Part shown: one piece after another, positions 1 through 13,108 of the stretch
Position numbering within the stretch: position 1 is the stretch's first letter
Layout: each line of letters begins with the position of its first letter
Source of the DNA: Bugula neritina
Lineage: Eukaryota > Animalia > Bryozoa
Direction: 5' to 3'
Length of the DNA: 53,877 nt
Assembly: GCA_964035545.1 (NCBI GenBank)
Contig: CAXIUT010000148.1
Coordinates: 1 to 53,877, forward strand
Program-made: the position numbers and the translations under genes
Notes under the pieces: generated by a model
Told to the model about the DNA's origin: nothing
Databases searched by the model: none
The model's input: only the letters and a program-made list of their open reading frames with translations

Positions 1-93
1 CCCAACCCCAACCCCAACCCCAACCCCAACCCCAACCCCAACCCCAACCCCAACCCCAACCCCAACCCCAACCCCAACCCCAACCCCAACCCC
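1..93. repeat. Left telomere (CCCCAA)n
   Basis: Perfect C4A2 tandem repeat at the window start, C-rich strand 5'. Confidence 0.99.
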
Positions 94-280
94 TGATGTA
101 ATACTATCAATATTAATTAACTTTATTACTATTATCAATATATTTAAAATATAATTAATCATAGTATAGTAATATATTGATGTAAATTTTAGAGGACTAA
201 TATCAAAGAAATAGAGTTTATCTTTAGGTTGGATTATCGAGTACACTATAAATGAAACATTGAGGATTACTATTAAGGCC

Positions 281-366
281 CCGATCATAGCTCAGTTGGT
301 AGAGCGGAGGACTGTAGAGTTTGTGCGGTTATCCTTAGGTCGCTGGTTCGATTCCGGCTGATCGGA
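281..366 (+). tRNA. tRNA-Tyr(GTA) with 13-nt intron (318-330)
   Basis: Acceptor stem CCGATCA/TGATCGG plus discriminator A; D-arm TAGCTCAGTTGGTAGAGC; anticodon GTA at 314-316; intron after position 37; T-loop GGTTCGATTCC; T5 run directly downstream. Confidence 0.96.
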
Positions 367-367
367 G

Positions 368-372
368 TTTTT
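368..372 (+). terminator. Pol III oligo-dT terminator of tRNA-Tyr
   Basis: TTTTT beginning two bases after the discriminator. Confidence 0.6.
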
Positions 373-511
373 ATCATTTTTACTTTATCATCAATAGATA
401 TTTAAACAACTTTAACTAACAAAATTCTATAACTATTCATAAATAAATGATTATTTATAAAAGCTATCTTCTTATATTTTAGATTGACTCCTATTTTATA
501 TCTTTTATTAA

Positions 512-1348
<837 letters not shown>

Positions 1349-1485
1349 TTATCAAGAAGTCTATAAAAGTAATTTTATCAAGTTTCTATTCTTATTTTTT
1401 ATTCTTAATGAATTCTTCTCCTTTCTTCTAAAAATAATTGAAAACTAAAGTGATAATTTTTTCAAAAGAAAATATTTTTTCCGAG

Positions 1486-1999
1486 ATGTAAAGTCTTCAA
1501 GAGATTATAAATGATCAGAAATAAGTATAATAATGATAAAATTGATCTTTCTTCATTGTGTAAGAAAAGTTTTATTGAAGTTTGGATTATAATTTTAATA
1601 ATTAAAACATTAGAAAATCTTATGGAGTTTAATAGTTCAACAGTCTCTTAACAATAGTCCCACAATGAAGAAATGGGTTTGCTCAGACAATAAGAAGTCT
1701 AAAATGCAAGAAATACCTAAGTTCTTACCTAAATAATCCAAAAACAACAAAATATCATGACTTCTTTAAACGATATCAAATAAACTCTATCCAAACTAAC
1801 GTTAACTTTCGTTAAAACCATTGATAAAGTTTATAATTAAGTTGACAAAATCAAAGTTATCCAAGAAGTCGTCAAAAATTAATGCAACTTAGAGAGAAAA
1901 GTAATGAATTAAACTAAAGGATTAAAAAGGAAAATAGTCCATAAAGAAAGACAAAAAACAACCAACCTATATCGAGATAACCACCACAAGAGGAAATGA
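1486..1999 (+). CDS. Hypothetical coiled-coil protein (5' structure uncertain; open frame 1622-1999)
   Basis: TGA-free frame from ATG 1622 to TGA 1997-1999; the upstream ATG at 1486 would need splicing. Confidence 0.45.
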
Positions 2000-2372
2000 T
2001 AATTTTCTAGCTCTTTCTTTTTATATTAACTCTTATTACAAAACGTATATTCTCATGCTAAAGCTATTTTACGTAATCCAAAGGTGAAAACTTGCATAGA
2101 GCCTTAAAACATCTTCTCTATCCTTCCAATAAAAGTTTTAGTTTATTTTATTGTCAGCAAATAATATTTTTCTAGAATTTCAATCTCTAAAATATAAATC
2201 TTTCATTAAAAACATCAAAAATAACACTATTTCTCTTCTATTCACTTAAATAGATAAAATATCATATTTTAAAAGCTATATTTTTCCCAAAAGAGGAATA
2301 CCTCTTATTGATTATATATTCAAATATAAATTAAGCTCCATAATTAATCTATAAATTATTTTAACGGATAAA

Positions 2373-2862
2373 ATGGATCCCTTTGAACTCGATAAAGAAT
2401 TCCAGATGTACCTTTTTGCTTATTTAGTAACTCATCTCAAGAAGATGGATACTATCATGAATACTGCCGCCTTCTCTTGGCCAATATCGCACTTACAACT
2501 CAGATGAAATAGCTGATAGAGGATAAAAATCACCTGATTTCTCGACTGAGAAAGTACGAGGTATATATTGTATCATGTAGGATGATGAATTCAATAGTCA
2601 AAGTGAAAAATTTAACGATAAAAATAAAAGAATGCGTAGGAATGCAGATGAAATCGAGAGATACTACAAATGTTCCGTCAAAGTTTGTGGCAAGTCGTAT
2701 GGATCTTAGGGAAGTCTTAACCAACACTACAAACTGAAACACCCAGAAATCTATGTTACTCTTCCAAACGTTCAATGCAATCTAAGCGAAAGATAGGAGA
2801 TAGAAGAAAGCCCTAAAGACAAAGAAAATAGACACAAATATAGTAATATGAAAAATAGATGA
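2373..2862 (+). CDS. C2H2 zinc-finger protein; 20-nt introns 2408-2427 and 2561-2580
   Basis: RRNADEIERYYKCSVKVCGKSYGSEGSLNQHYKLKH; both GT-AG introns restore the frame. Confidence 0.85.
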
Positions 2863-3091
2863 TTCTGCAGCTTTTTGATATTGATATTATTCCTACAAAC
2901 ATAAATCTTTTATTTAACAGCTCTTTTATTGTAAGAATGTTCAAAAATAAATTCTAGAAACCATGAAAACAAAATAATAAATCTTTAAAAATAAGTAATA
3001 CTTTTTTCTTGGTAACGAAATAAATTAAAATTATGCTCTTAATCTTTACAAAAACATCAATCTTCGATTCTGATAATATAAATTAAAAACT

Positions 3092-3738
3092 ATGGTATAT
3101 ATCAAACTCGGTACAAACCTCTACTCTCGCCTTAAAGCCCTTATCTAACCAACAAAAATCATTCACTGCAAGAAGTAGTCATACGTTCCCTATCCAGAAT
3201 TCAGTATTTGATTCATAATTTAGAAAGAATTGCAGTTAATCACAATCTATAAATCCACAAAGATATTGGAAGACATGACATCATTACTAATAATGATATG
3301 GAAATAATGGTCGAAAGAGAAAAACAAAACCCTTAACAATTGAAATTCATAGAATAGCTTAAAAATAAAAGTAAAATAAGATAGCTAAAACAACTCAACA
3401 CCAAAGCTCCTCAAGATTTTTACTTCCAAAAAAAACAAGAAGACAAAGGAATCAAAGAAATTACCTAAAGTATCTCTTATGCTATTGCCTTCATCTTCAG
3501 TTTCTTCATGGCTGGACTCACTGGGTACTATGTGGGAAATTACTTTTTAGGATGGTCCTTTATCCATTCCATGATTTTGGCAATAATATTCATCATTGTG
3601 ACCCTTATAGTTGAAACATCGCTCTTTATCTTGAGGCAGTATGCAGTTACATAGAGATCAAAGAAAAAATAAGCAAAAAAACCGAAGAAAAAGATCTTAA
3701 AAAGTGGAGGAGGCAAATAAAAAGATAAAAAAGATTGA
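3092..3738 (+). CDS. Vma12/TMEM199-like two-TM ER membrane protein; 20-nt intron 3204-3223
   Basis: Soluble N-terminus, two C-terminal hydrophobic helices ending IVETSLFILR, C-terminal KDKKD (KxKxx ER-retrieval-like). Confidence 0.6.
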
Positions 3739-3879
3739 ATTGTTGATTGTATATACCTATATGTTTTTAATTTATCATTTGCCAAAAAAAGAAACTTATC
3801 TATTAACATATCAGAGATTTTAATAAAATATGAAGTAAATAATCAAATTAAATATTCTAAAAATTGATAAAAAATAACA

Positions 3880-4331
3880 TCATAGCAATTTTCCACTACT
3901 TTTAACTCTTTTTAACATTCGATGTTGAAACTTCTCTTCTTGTTTATCTAAATCTGCCTTTACACACTAAGACATCTTCTTTTGAGTTTTTTTAGATCTT
4001 TCAACAAAGGTTTCAACATAAGTTTGCTTGCATTCCATAAATTTGTTCATCTAGCTCTTAATTGTTTTCGACAAAGTCTACTTTTTTGGTTATATCTTTT
4101 CGATACTAGTAGCATTAAGTGATTTTACTACAAGAGAGTTCAACTTTTTTTGAAAATATCCTGCTTTTTTAATATCTACTTCCAAATAATACTCTACTCC
4201 TATCTACATATTCTAAGGAATACTCTGTACATTTGACTAAGAATTTGAATTAGTTCGAGAGTTTAATCTTCTTCCAGTCGCATCTATAAGTCAAGAATCT
4301 GTTAAGCAAAGCCCATGGGTAAAGTGGACAT
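3880..4331 (-). CDS. Hypothetical protein, ~143 aa; 20-nt intron 4204-4223
   Basis: MSTLPMGFAEQILDLEMRLEE...MYR/IGVEYY; frame restored by the intron; TGA stop. Confidence 0.7.
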
Positions 4332-4424
4332 TGATTGATAAGCTATTATTATTTATATGACTGACTAATTAATATCAATAAAGTAAAGAAAATTAACTTC
4401 AATAAAACTATAATTATATTTACA

Positions 4425-6668
4425 TCATTCTACCTTTTACTACTTCTCTTGCTATAAACTTATCTAGTTAAAATGATTGAACATATCCTCGAGCTTCAAA
4501 AGAGCTTATTTGGCACTTTATTCTATATCTAGTTATTTCAATTAGAATTTTTTTAACATTGCAACAAACATCTATAACTTTGGATGTACTTCTTCAAATT
4601 TACCAGGCTTTCCTTTTAATAATATCTATTTAAATAAATTTTCAATATCTTTATCCTCTTCTTTCAAACAATCTTCATTATTCATCCTGAACTAGATCTT
4701 TCCATCAAAATACTTCTTCAAATTATAGTAACTTAAAGAAAAACCTCTAAACAAATTAGCGAATCCAAAAACAATATTACATCTTTCTTCCTCACTACCC
4801 TCAAGAGTCAAATGTTCAGGTCTGTTTGCTACTCTTTTTAAACAACTCATCATATAAGCTGATGAAAATGGATAATTATACAGTCCCTTTTCATGTAATC
4901 TTGTTTTATGCAAAGGAAGTAAACAGACTTTTGATATTTTTAAATTAGTAAAGGGTTCTGATCTTTCTTGAAGGTTTTTTATTGATGGTTTTATAGCACT
5001 TTATGGATGATTTTTGTCAATAAAAAATACATGGTTTATCTACTTGGACATAGATATATTTTTAAGAACATCTCCCATTTGATTATAAAAGACTTTATTT
5101 GATTTTTCACCTACTTTGCTAAAAGCCAACTTTTTAGTCATATTTTTCATCTTTTTCATAAGTTCTTCCATCAATTCTCTCTTTATTTCATCACTAGATA
5201 TCGACCATATCCTAAAGTTAGGATGGAATAATTTAATTTTTTCAAGTAGAAGTGATTTTCCAGAAGAAGGAATAGAGACAGGTATCAAAACAATAACATT
5301 TTTTTCTCTCTCTTATTCAATTTATTATTTACTTTCAATCTTCTTTTCAGATTCCTCAGATATTAACTCTTCCTCTTTTATTTTCTCTTCTTCTTATTAA
5401 TCTTCAAATCCAGTTTAATTTGACTTAGCTATTTCCATAAACTTCTACTTACTCACATCCTTATGCACTAATCTGATAAAATCAATAAATCTATTACTGA
5501 TAAATCTAGATACTGTTTTATTCTGTTCTTCACATAAAATAAATGCTTTTCTAGCTATCTAAATATATTCATTAATTGGCCTAGTTACATTAAATTCTCT
5601 AGCTATTTAGTTGATTTCTTTACTAAACTTTTTCAATAAATTTTCATAATTTTTATTAAATTTTTGAACATAAACTTTCAATTTCTATCTCAACTTACGA
5701 TAAATTCTATACTCAATAGTTTTCACTTTACAAACTAGTAAATTCTTCTCCTCTTGATTTTCCACTCCACTCACATATATCACACTACCTTCTCCAGCAT
5801 CCTTCATAGTCATCTCATTCATTTTTACAACCATTTCTCTCATATTTATGATTACACTATCAATAGTTTTGCATGTAACAACCTCACATTTCACCTTAGG
5901 AAGTCCAAATGTTTATAAAAATTTCATAGCATATGATACTGGAAGACAATCATCTTACCTATTCTATTTCGATACCATGGCATAAAAGAATAATTGAGCT
6001 TCATTGCCATAGTTAACCAAATGCTGCATGACATTCATATTACAATACTAACCAACCAAAGTCTTTCCACTTAACTACAATTTGATAGCTTTGATTTCCT
6101 ATTCACTTTTCTTCTTCAATAAATCAAACCAAGCTCTTGCGATCAATAAAGTTTGCTTATATTCATGGTGGTTCTTCAATTTGCTTAAATCTTCCTAAGT
6201 TTAAGCCATCAGACATTTATTTTTGCTACCTATTGCCCAGTATTTATCACATACCACTGATATTTGAGCATTCTAGCCGTTAACTTTCTCTGTATTATAG
6301 ATATGGAAAGGCATGCACTTAGATCCAAACAAATTTTTGAACAATCTTTCCTTTTATTTTTAATGATGTTTGCTATAATTAATATGAGACTCTTTTAGAT
6401 CAAGATATTCTGCCATAATATCTCTAAACTTTCTCAATCCCTTTCTTGCTACTTTAGTCTAACTATGTTTAAAATCAACAATTTCTTCATAATAAGCCAA
6501 ACCTCTTCGATAATTGATGTAGTCATACTAGCTATTATACTATTTTTTGAGAGAAACATTGTACATCAAAAACTACCTCTGATCAAGACTGAAACCTTCA
6601 GATGCTATTTTATAAGTATGCTTATCTGCCTTTGCTTTTTGGAGATTAACCTCTGGCAACTACTACAT
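4425..6668 (-). CDS. Trl1-like ATP-dependent RNA ligase fused to a P-loop polynucleotide kinase, ~747 aa
   Basis: RRGL, RKGLRKF, motif I TEKVNGEN, GSKN, TLVGEYC, EGSV, KVKTIEYRIYRKLRE; kinase IPVSIPSSGKS, FIDKNH, RVANRPEHLTL. Confidence 0.8.
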
Positions 6669-6820
6669 TAAATAAAAGAATAATAATCAACAATCTATAT
6701 TATTGCTATTATATCAATGCTTTCATATTATTCATCTTATTTTCATTTACCTTAATTTATTAATTGTTCTTTTATAAACTTCTCAATTTTCTTGATTATA
6801 AACTAATTCATTGCAAAGAT

Positions 6821-7249
6821 ATGAACACTGTCAACAAAGTTTTGACCTGTATCTGCTGTTGTTCTTGTTCTTGTTGGACAGCTTAGTGCATTGATCACTG
6901 GCATTCCATCTAAGCTTGCGGAATAGCATAAATTTAATGTGGAAACTGCTGCTGGACCATTTTTGCACCTATCTGTCATACTTGCAATATAGGAGAATTC
7001 GGGTTAGCAATGGAACATGGTGTTAACTGCCTCAAGTACTGTTTATATAGTTGTGCGCTCAACTGCTGTGCACCTGTTGACGGTATTTACAATTGCATTT
7101 TTTATTCAATGGAAGTTTGTAAAAATGGAGTATCAGGCTATAATGATATTCTTAAAAATACCAGATGGATAGCTAACATTATTAGAGATAAGATGAGTTT
7201 CTCAGAATCACCACAACCAGTAGCCAAAATGTCAGAATATAGACCTTGA
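6821..7249 (+). CDS. Cysteine-rich hypothetical protein, 142 aa
   Basis: MNTVNKVLTCICCCSCSCW... continuous with track ORF 7010-7249 when TAR=Glu. Confidence 0.75.
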
Positions 7250-7381
7250 TTTCTTTATTCCAAATATACCGTTAAATATCAAAACTACTTTTGAAAATAT
7301 TCTAGTAGTTTAATAGTTAATTTTGAATCATTTACTTATTAATCTATAGTTATTTTCAGAACTTGTAATAGAGAAGTCTTC

Positions 7382-7708
7382 ATGTCAATATTCGCTCTCA
7401 ACTTTAAATTTGACCTAGAATAAACAGGATCTTCCACTCTATCCCGACATCTCGACTCCTCAAGGACTCCCAAACTACCATCAACAACTAAAACGAAATT
7501 CAGATTTAAACAAGCTAAGAGAATCATCTAAAACTAACAATCAAAGATTCAACTCTCACAATAAATAGAACAGCAATAGCTAATGAATAAAATACTTAGC
7601 TAGCCAATGGAGCCCACAGATAAAAATGAATAAGATGATATGAGCGAGCAATAGAAGAATTATTACAAATTTCTAGCCCATAGAAAATAGAAAAAATATA
7701 GACAATGA
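7382..7708 (+). CDS. Hypothetical protein, ~108 aa
   Basis: ATG-to-TGA frame with AT-rich leader; no recognisable domain. Confidence 0.5.
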
Positions 7709-7713
7709 TCTTT

Positions 7714-9692
7714 TCACTACTTCTCAGATTCATAAAATTTAATCCCAGAAGGAGGCCAAACGTATTCATTTTTTTTCCTCCCTTCTATCTTCCTCAACAC
7801 AAAAACCTCACTTTCTCCTCTTTTTAATTCCACAAAAAAATCCTCTTTTCTTCCCTCATACTCCAGACACAACTCATATCCTTCGCTCTCAACTACTCTA
7901 TCTACCATGATAAATACATCGGACGCACCTTCAAGACCAATATTCCTTTCATCTAGGCTTCTAGCCTAGCTGCAATAAATCCATATCCTAGAGAACTAAA
8001 CTCCTTTCCAAAAGATATCGTTCCTTTCAAGGGTAAACTTAAATGATGTTGCTGTACCTGATTGCTAACAGATAAAATACTATCTTTCATAATTTTGTTC
8101 TAAATCAAAGGATTCACCTATCTTTATCTTATTTTGACAATTTAGTGTGATATACATTGAATATTATAAAAAGACTAAACTTCTACTTCCTCAGGCTACA
8201 ACCTAAGCACATAGTTTCCAGCTTTGATAGCTATTGGATGAGTATCTCCCTTATTATATCCTTTCATATAATCGAAATCACAGAGTTAATACTCTGCTAT
8301 TGATGTTTGAGAATATTAAAGAGAAGAATGCGCTGCTTGAGTTTTATTTTATATATTTTTAGAGCTTATTCTATTAAAAGAATCTATTTTATTCAAAGAA
8401 CCATTTCTTTATAAAAGAGATGATAAACGAGATAACATATACTTCACCTTATTGAAATTTTAATTAGAAGAATATTCTTTTATATCTTTTGATGAAATAA
8501 ATCCTACCTTTTTTTCTGTTATAATTTGATAGCTATTAAGCTTGTTTTCAATATTTTGTTGAATAGTCAAAAATAGATATCCAGCAGTCAACATAGAAAA
8601 TTAAAAGAAAAAAGGTTTTTTTCTCATTTTGTTTACAGAAAAGCCATAGCTAGTAATAAATTCAGGAAACTATCTTTTAGAAGAAGTAACATAAGCAGAT
8701 GAAAAGATATTCAAAAAGTCAGGCTGACTAATCAGAAAAGTACCATCCAACTGATAACTATTCTTTAACTTCTTAAATATAGAACGAAAATCACTATCAA
8801 ATATACTCAACTCACCCGTCCAATGATGAGGTATCACACAACGAATCAACAAATTAAATTATCTCTTTTATTTTACCTTGAACTCGTCGAATTCAATCAA
8901 TTAGTATATTATACGATCACCAACCAAACCACAACGTTAGACCTAGTAATCATCTTTAGCCTTTAGCAGTATCCGACATGTATTTCCCACTTTTTCACTA
9001 TAATTAGTCAAAAATGATCTTCCCTCTCTAGCTAAGTTAAAATATCTCCAATTGCAAGGAGTAAAGTACTAGATAAACTAGAATGGCTTAGTAAGCATAA
9101 GTTTATGATAACCACCTTTAATTTTAGCCCAAACTTTAACAAGAATAAGTTTCCATAAATTATCGAAAGAAAATCCCCAAAGAGGAGTCTGATTTTTCTT
9201 TTTTAGAGGAATATAATCATCAACTTACTACACGTTAAATTCCCCATCTCGGTTCACTGCAACTAAATATCTTCCACTTTATTATATTTACTGAAATATA
9301 AATAACCTCTTATATAACAACATATCGAAATGTCTCATTTCAAACACAAAATGAGGAACTTTCTCCTCTTCTCCCACCAATTTCTCTTTTACCTCGATCT
9401 ACCCGAACAATCTACTTTTTCTTCGATCTACTAGATCTCCTATTCTTCTGAAAATCACCTCCTCTTCACAAATATGAATCATTTGCCCCTTTAACTAACT
9501 TAAAGGCATCTATTCATCAATAAAGGAGTTTTTTTGTCTGGAATGAGCGAGTTATTTATCACAATGAATCTGAATAAAACTGTACTTATAGAGAGGAAGT
9601 TCGTGAACATTCTGAATGACTCGAGTATTTGCTTGAGAATCATAAGCAAGGTAGTACTAGTTTTTGAGAAGAGATAAACTCGATTCCTACAT
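7714..9692 (-). CDS. Calpain-like protein, degenerate catalytic site
   Basis: FIDEEMP, VDDYIP, LWKLILVKVWAKIKGGY motifs of the CysPc domain; no QGxLGDC; length mod 3 implies at least one intron. Confidence 0.72.
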
Positions 9693-9748
9693 TGAAAATA
9701 ACTGACCTTCTTGTTGTTATTAATATTCAAAGAAAAATATAAATCTAG

Positions 9749-10504
9749 TCAACTATCTTTAATTAATATTTCCACAACGCTATCTTTGACCTGAGTCTGT
9801 GACTATTTATCAATAATAACTGTATCTATTTATACTTCTCCTCCTATTTATTTATTAACTGTCTATACTCTTTTTTGATTTAACTTTTACTCCATTTTTT
9901 GAATGGTAGGCCTGATGTTTTCTTAAAGTTCAACAATAAAACCACTATACTCATTCGAAGCCACCTTCTGTTGATGTCGAGTACTCCCAATATGCTACAT
10001 CACCATCAATCTACCTCGAGATAATCGTCATAATCATCTTTACACACTTTGCAATGCCGACGACCATTACCCAATTTAGGAACCATCTACAATAAAAAAG
10101 CCTAAACTAAAAAGAATAATTCATTGATTTTCATTGAATTATCGAATAAATATTGTACAATCTGACTTATCTAGTACTCCTCCTCCATTTGACTGTTTTC
10201 AAATGCTAATCGATTGCGATCGTCATATTCCGTATACAGTTTCTAGCTAATCACACATCTACCTCATCTTCTTCCAGTATAAAAAGAGGAGTATAGTGCT
10301 TTTTGTCATCGTTAAGAATTGGTAGAGTCCGAAAAAATGATTTTTTAATGCTTTTTCTTCAAAAAATTACCTGCTATATTGTGGACATAAACGAAGAGAT
10401 TCTCTCTTTTCATACTTTCCCCTCTAAAATAAAGGCTGAATTGAGAAGAAATGGCGATCACACCAACGTCCCTTGCATTCCTTTGATTTAATTTTTTTAC
10501 CCAT
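9749..10504 (-). CDS. Dbf4-type zinc finger (zf-DBF) protein; 20-nt introns include 9995-10014 and 10243-10262
   Basis: After splicing: HCKVCKDDYDDYLE/HIGSTRHQQKVASNEY (C-x2-C-x9-H-x5-H); upstream ILNDDKKHYTPLFI resembles Dbf4 motif M. Confidence 0.65.
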
Positions 10505-11105
10505 CACCTTTTAATTATATAGTTAGAAAACACAACCAATCAATTCAGTTGTCAAATCATCCACATTAATATATCGAATTCTAACTTCTAATAATCAAAA
10601 TTGACTTTGTAGGTTATTATTTTAATTAAATGATAAACAGAAGACTCTATTAAAAGAAAAATATCAATTTCGAGAACATGTCGCCTCTAATTTATACTTT
10701 TTTATTTACAACTGGAATAACTTCTCATAAATAGTCTTATTGGATATTTATAAAATGTCTTAATAGATATTTATTATTGGAAGAAGTAGCAATGTTACAA
10801 AAGGAAATCAAAGTTGTCATTTAAATATCATCAGAAAAATATATCATTTTTTAAGTTATAAAATATTTATAAACTCCCTAGAATATTTTTTAGCAACCAT
10901 GTTGTTTGTTAAATTATCCATCAATCAGTAGAAAAATACAAAATTAAACAATATTATATTCAACTTCCTTGACATTAAATAAACATTTTAAGCTAAAATT
11001 AAGACTTATCATTTCTTATTTTGAGCTGATTTAATAATATTAAGTAGCTGTAATAAGTATTGAATAAGATCAACTATTTTATTATTTTTCAACATATCTG
11101 AACAA

Positions 11106-12905
11106 ATGGGTAGCAAACTAAAAAATATCAAGACTTTTCTTTCAGGTTTGGATCAATTTCCTCACACATCCTTTCTGACCTACAAATCTGAGTACGCCTA
11201 CACTACTGCAACAGGAGGTATTGCTTCTATATTGATCGTAATTATTGTATTGCTATTGGTTATAAGCTAAACTATATCAGTTGTCAATAAATAAATAGTG
11301 AAGACATCTACTAATACCATCACAAAAGTTGATGCTTATTCAAATGTAACTTTTAGTCCAGAAGGAGGTATCATGTTTATGTTCAGATTGCCTGATGCTA
11401 ACTACTATGGTCCTAACCAAACTAATTTTTACTATGAATTTACTTCCATAGGTTAGAATATCCCCTTGGTACCTTGCACAGCAGATCATGTTAATTTTAA
11501 AAATTTATAGATCTACTATGATGGCTATATGTGTCCTTAGCTTGGAAGCTCTATTATTATCTTGGACGAAGATGATGGAAGTCGACCAAGCTGGGTTCAT
11601 TTATATAACTGTTTTTATAAAGGTATTCCATAATCTTTTGCTAATTGTGTGACTTCTTATTATCCTTAGGAAATGGTGCTATCATTTAAAGTAATAAATA
11701 GCCAGATAAATCCTTCATTAACAGAAGACTATGTTTCTTACTACATGTAAGATTTTAACTTTAAATTCAATCCAGTAGCGCCAGTAGAAAGTCCTAAGAT
11801 AATGTAAGTTAAAATAAATGACTACACTATTACAACTGATTAAAGTTTGATTCCTATTCAAAGTTTAAATGTTGAAAAAGGAGTATATACTTCAGAATTT
11901 AGTTAATATATTCCACAACTACAAAGCACATTCACAAAAACATGGGATGTAGGAATCAGTTTCGTCAAAGGCAATAGAAAAATTACCTATAATCGTAACT
12001 TTCAAAGATTAGATTAACTCCTCTCTTACGTAGGTGGTCTAATTGGATCCATCATTGCAGCTGCCTTCTTGATTAAATCATACAATAAATTTTGCTACAA
12101 TCTCAGTGTGGGAAATAAAATCATGACTGACAATTAAAATAAACCCATTAATTCAGACAAATTCAACATTATATCTTATCTGAAGTGCATGTTCTATAAG
12201 GTCTTCTCTTGTTGCTGTAGCTGTTGCAAGTGGAAAGATACATCTCAATATATTTAAGCAGCATAAGAAGTCATGAAACAAATTGATGTAGTTTTACTGA
12301 TGAGAAGGATAACTTTCTTAGAAAGATGTGTTACTTTGCTACTGCCTGAACATTATGTCAATTTGCTTTATATCTATAAAAAATCAACTCTTGAAGAAAC
12401 AAAAAAATAAAGATAAAAGTATCATTATGCGTACAAACTCAAAAAAAAGATAGAAGAAACAGAGGTAGATCACAATACTCCAGGGAATGAAAAGCAATCA
12501 GAAAGAGACAATCCTCTTCGTTAAAATTTACAGCCTTAACATTAACCTGGATATCTGGATGAACTCAGTCAAAGCTAAGTCTCATAAATAAGAAATTCAA
12601 CATTTGCTATGCTAAAAAGAAAAGCTGATATTGTTAAAAAGGAAATAAAGTAGTAGAACCAGACAGGTTAGAAAGTAGCTTTGAATCTCGATCCTCAGTA
12701 TTTTGATTTTTTCAACAATGAAAATTAAAATAAATTTAAAGAATAGGATAAAGCTAGGTTCAAGAAAAATACAAGAAATGATGACTAAAATAATGAAAAA
12801 GACAGCTAAAAAATAAGAAAAGTTGAAAAGAATGAAGTTGAGATTGAAATGCAGAAATTTTAAAATAAAAAGAAGAATTATAATTAGCCATATTAAAGTG
12901 ATTGA
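11106..12905 (+). CDS. Ciliate two-TM protein with large extracellular loop (ENaC/P2X-like topology), ~599 aa
   Basis: TTATGGIASILIVIIVLLLVI (TM1), Cys-containing loop, RNFQRLDELLSYVGGLIG (TM2), long charged C-tail. Confidence 0.75.
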
Positions 12906-12998
12906 TATAAAATTCCTTAGTATTATATTAAATATTATAATTTTAAAGAATAAAAATTATGACTGTTATAATATAAACTTAATATTTAAAATAAATAA

Positions 12999-13108
12999 GG
13001 GGTTGGGGTTGGGGTTGGGGTTGGGGTTGGGGTTGGGGTTGGGGTTGGGGTTGGGGTTGGGTGGGGTTGGGGTTGGGGTTGGGGTTGGGGTTGGGGGTTG
13101 GGGTTGGG
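12999..13108 (+). repeat. Internal telomeric tract 1 (GGGGTT)n, 110 bp, slightly imperfect
   Basis: Read directly from sequence. Confidence 0.98.
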
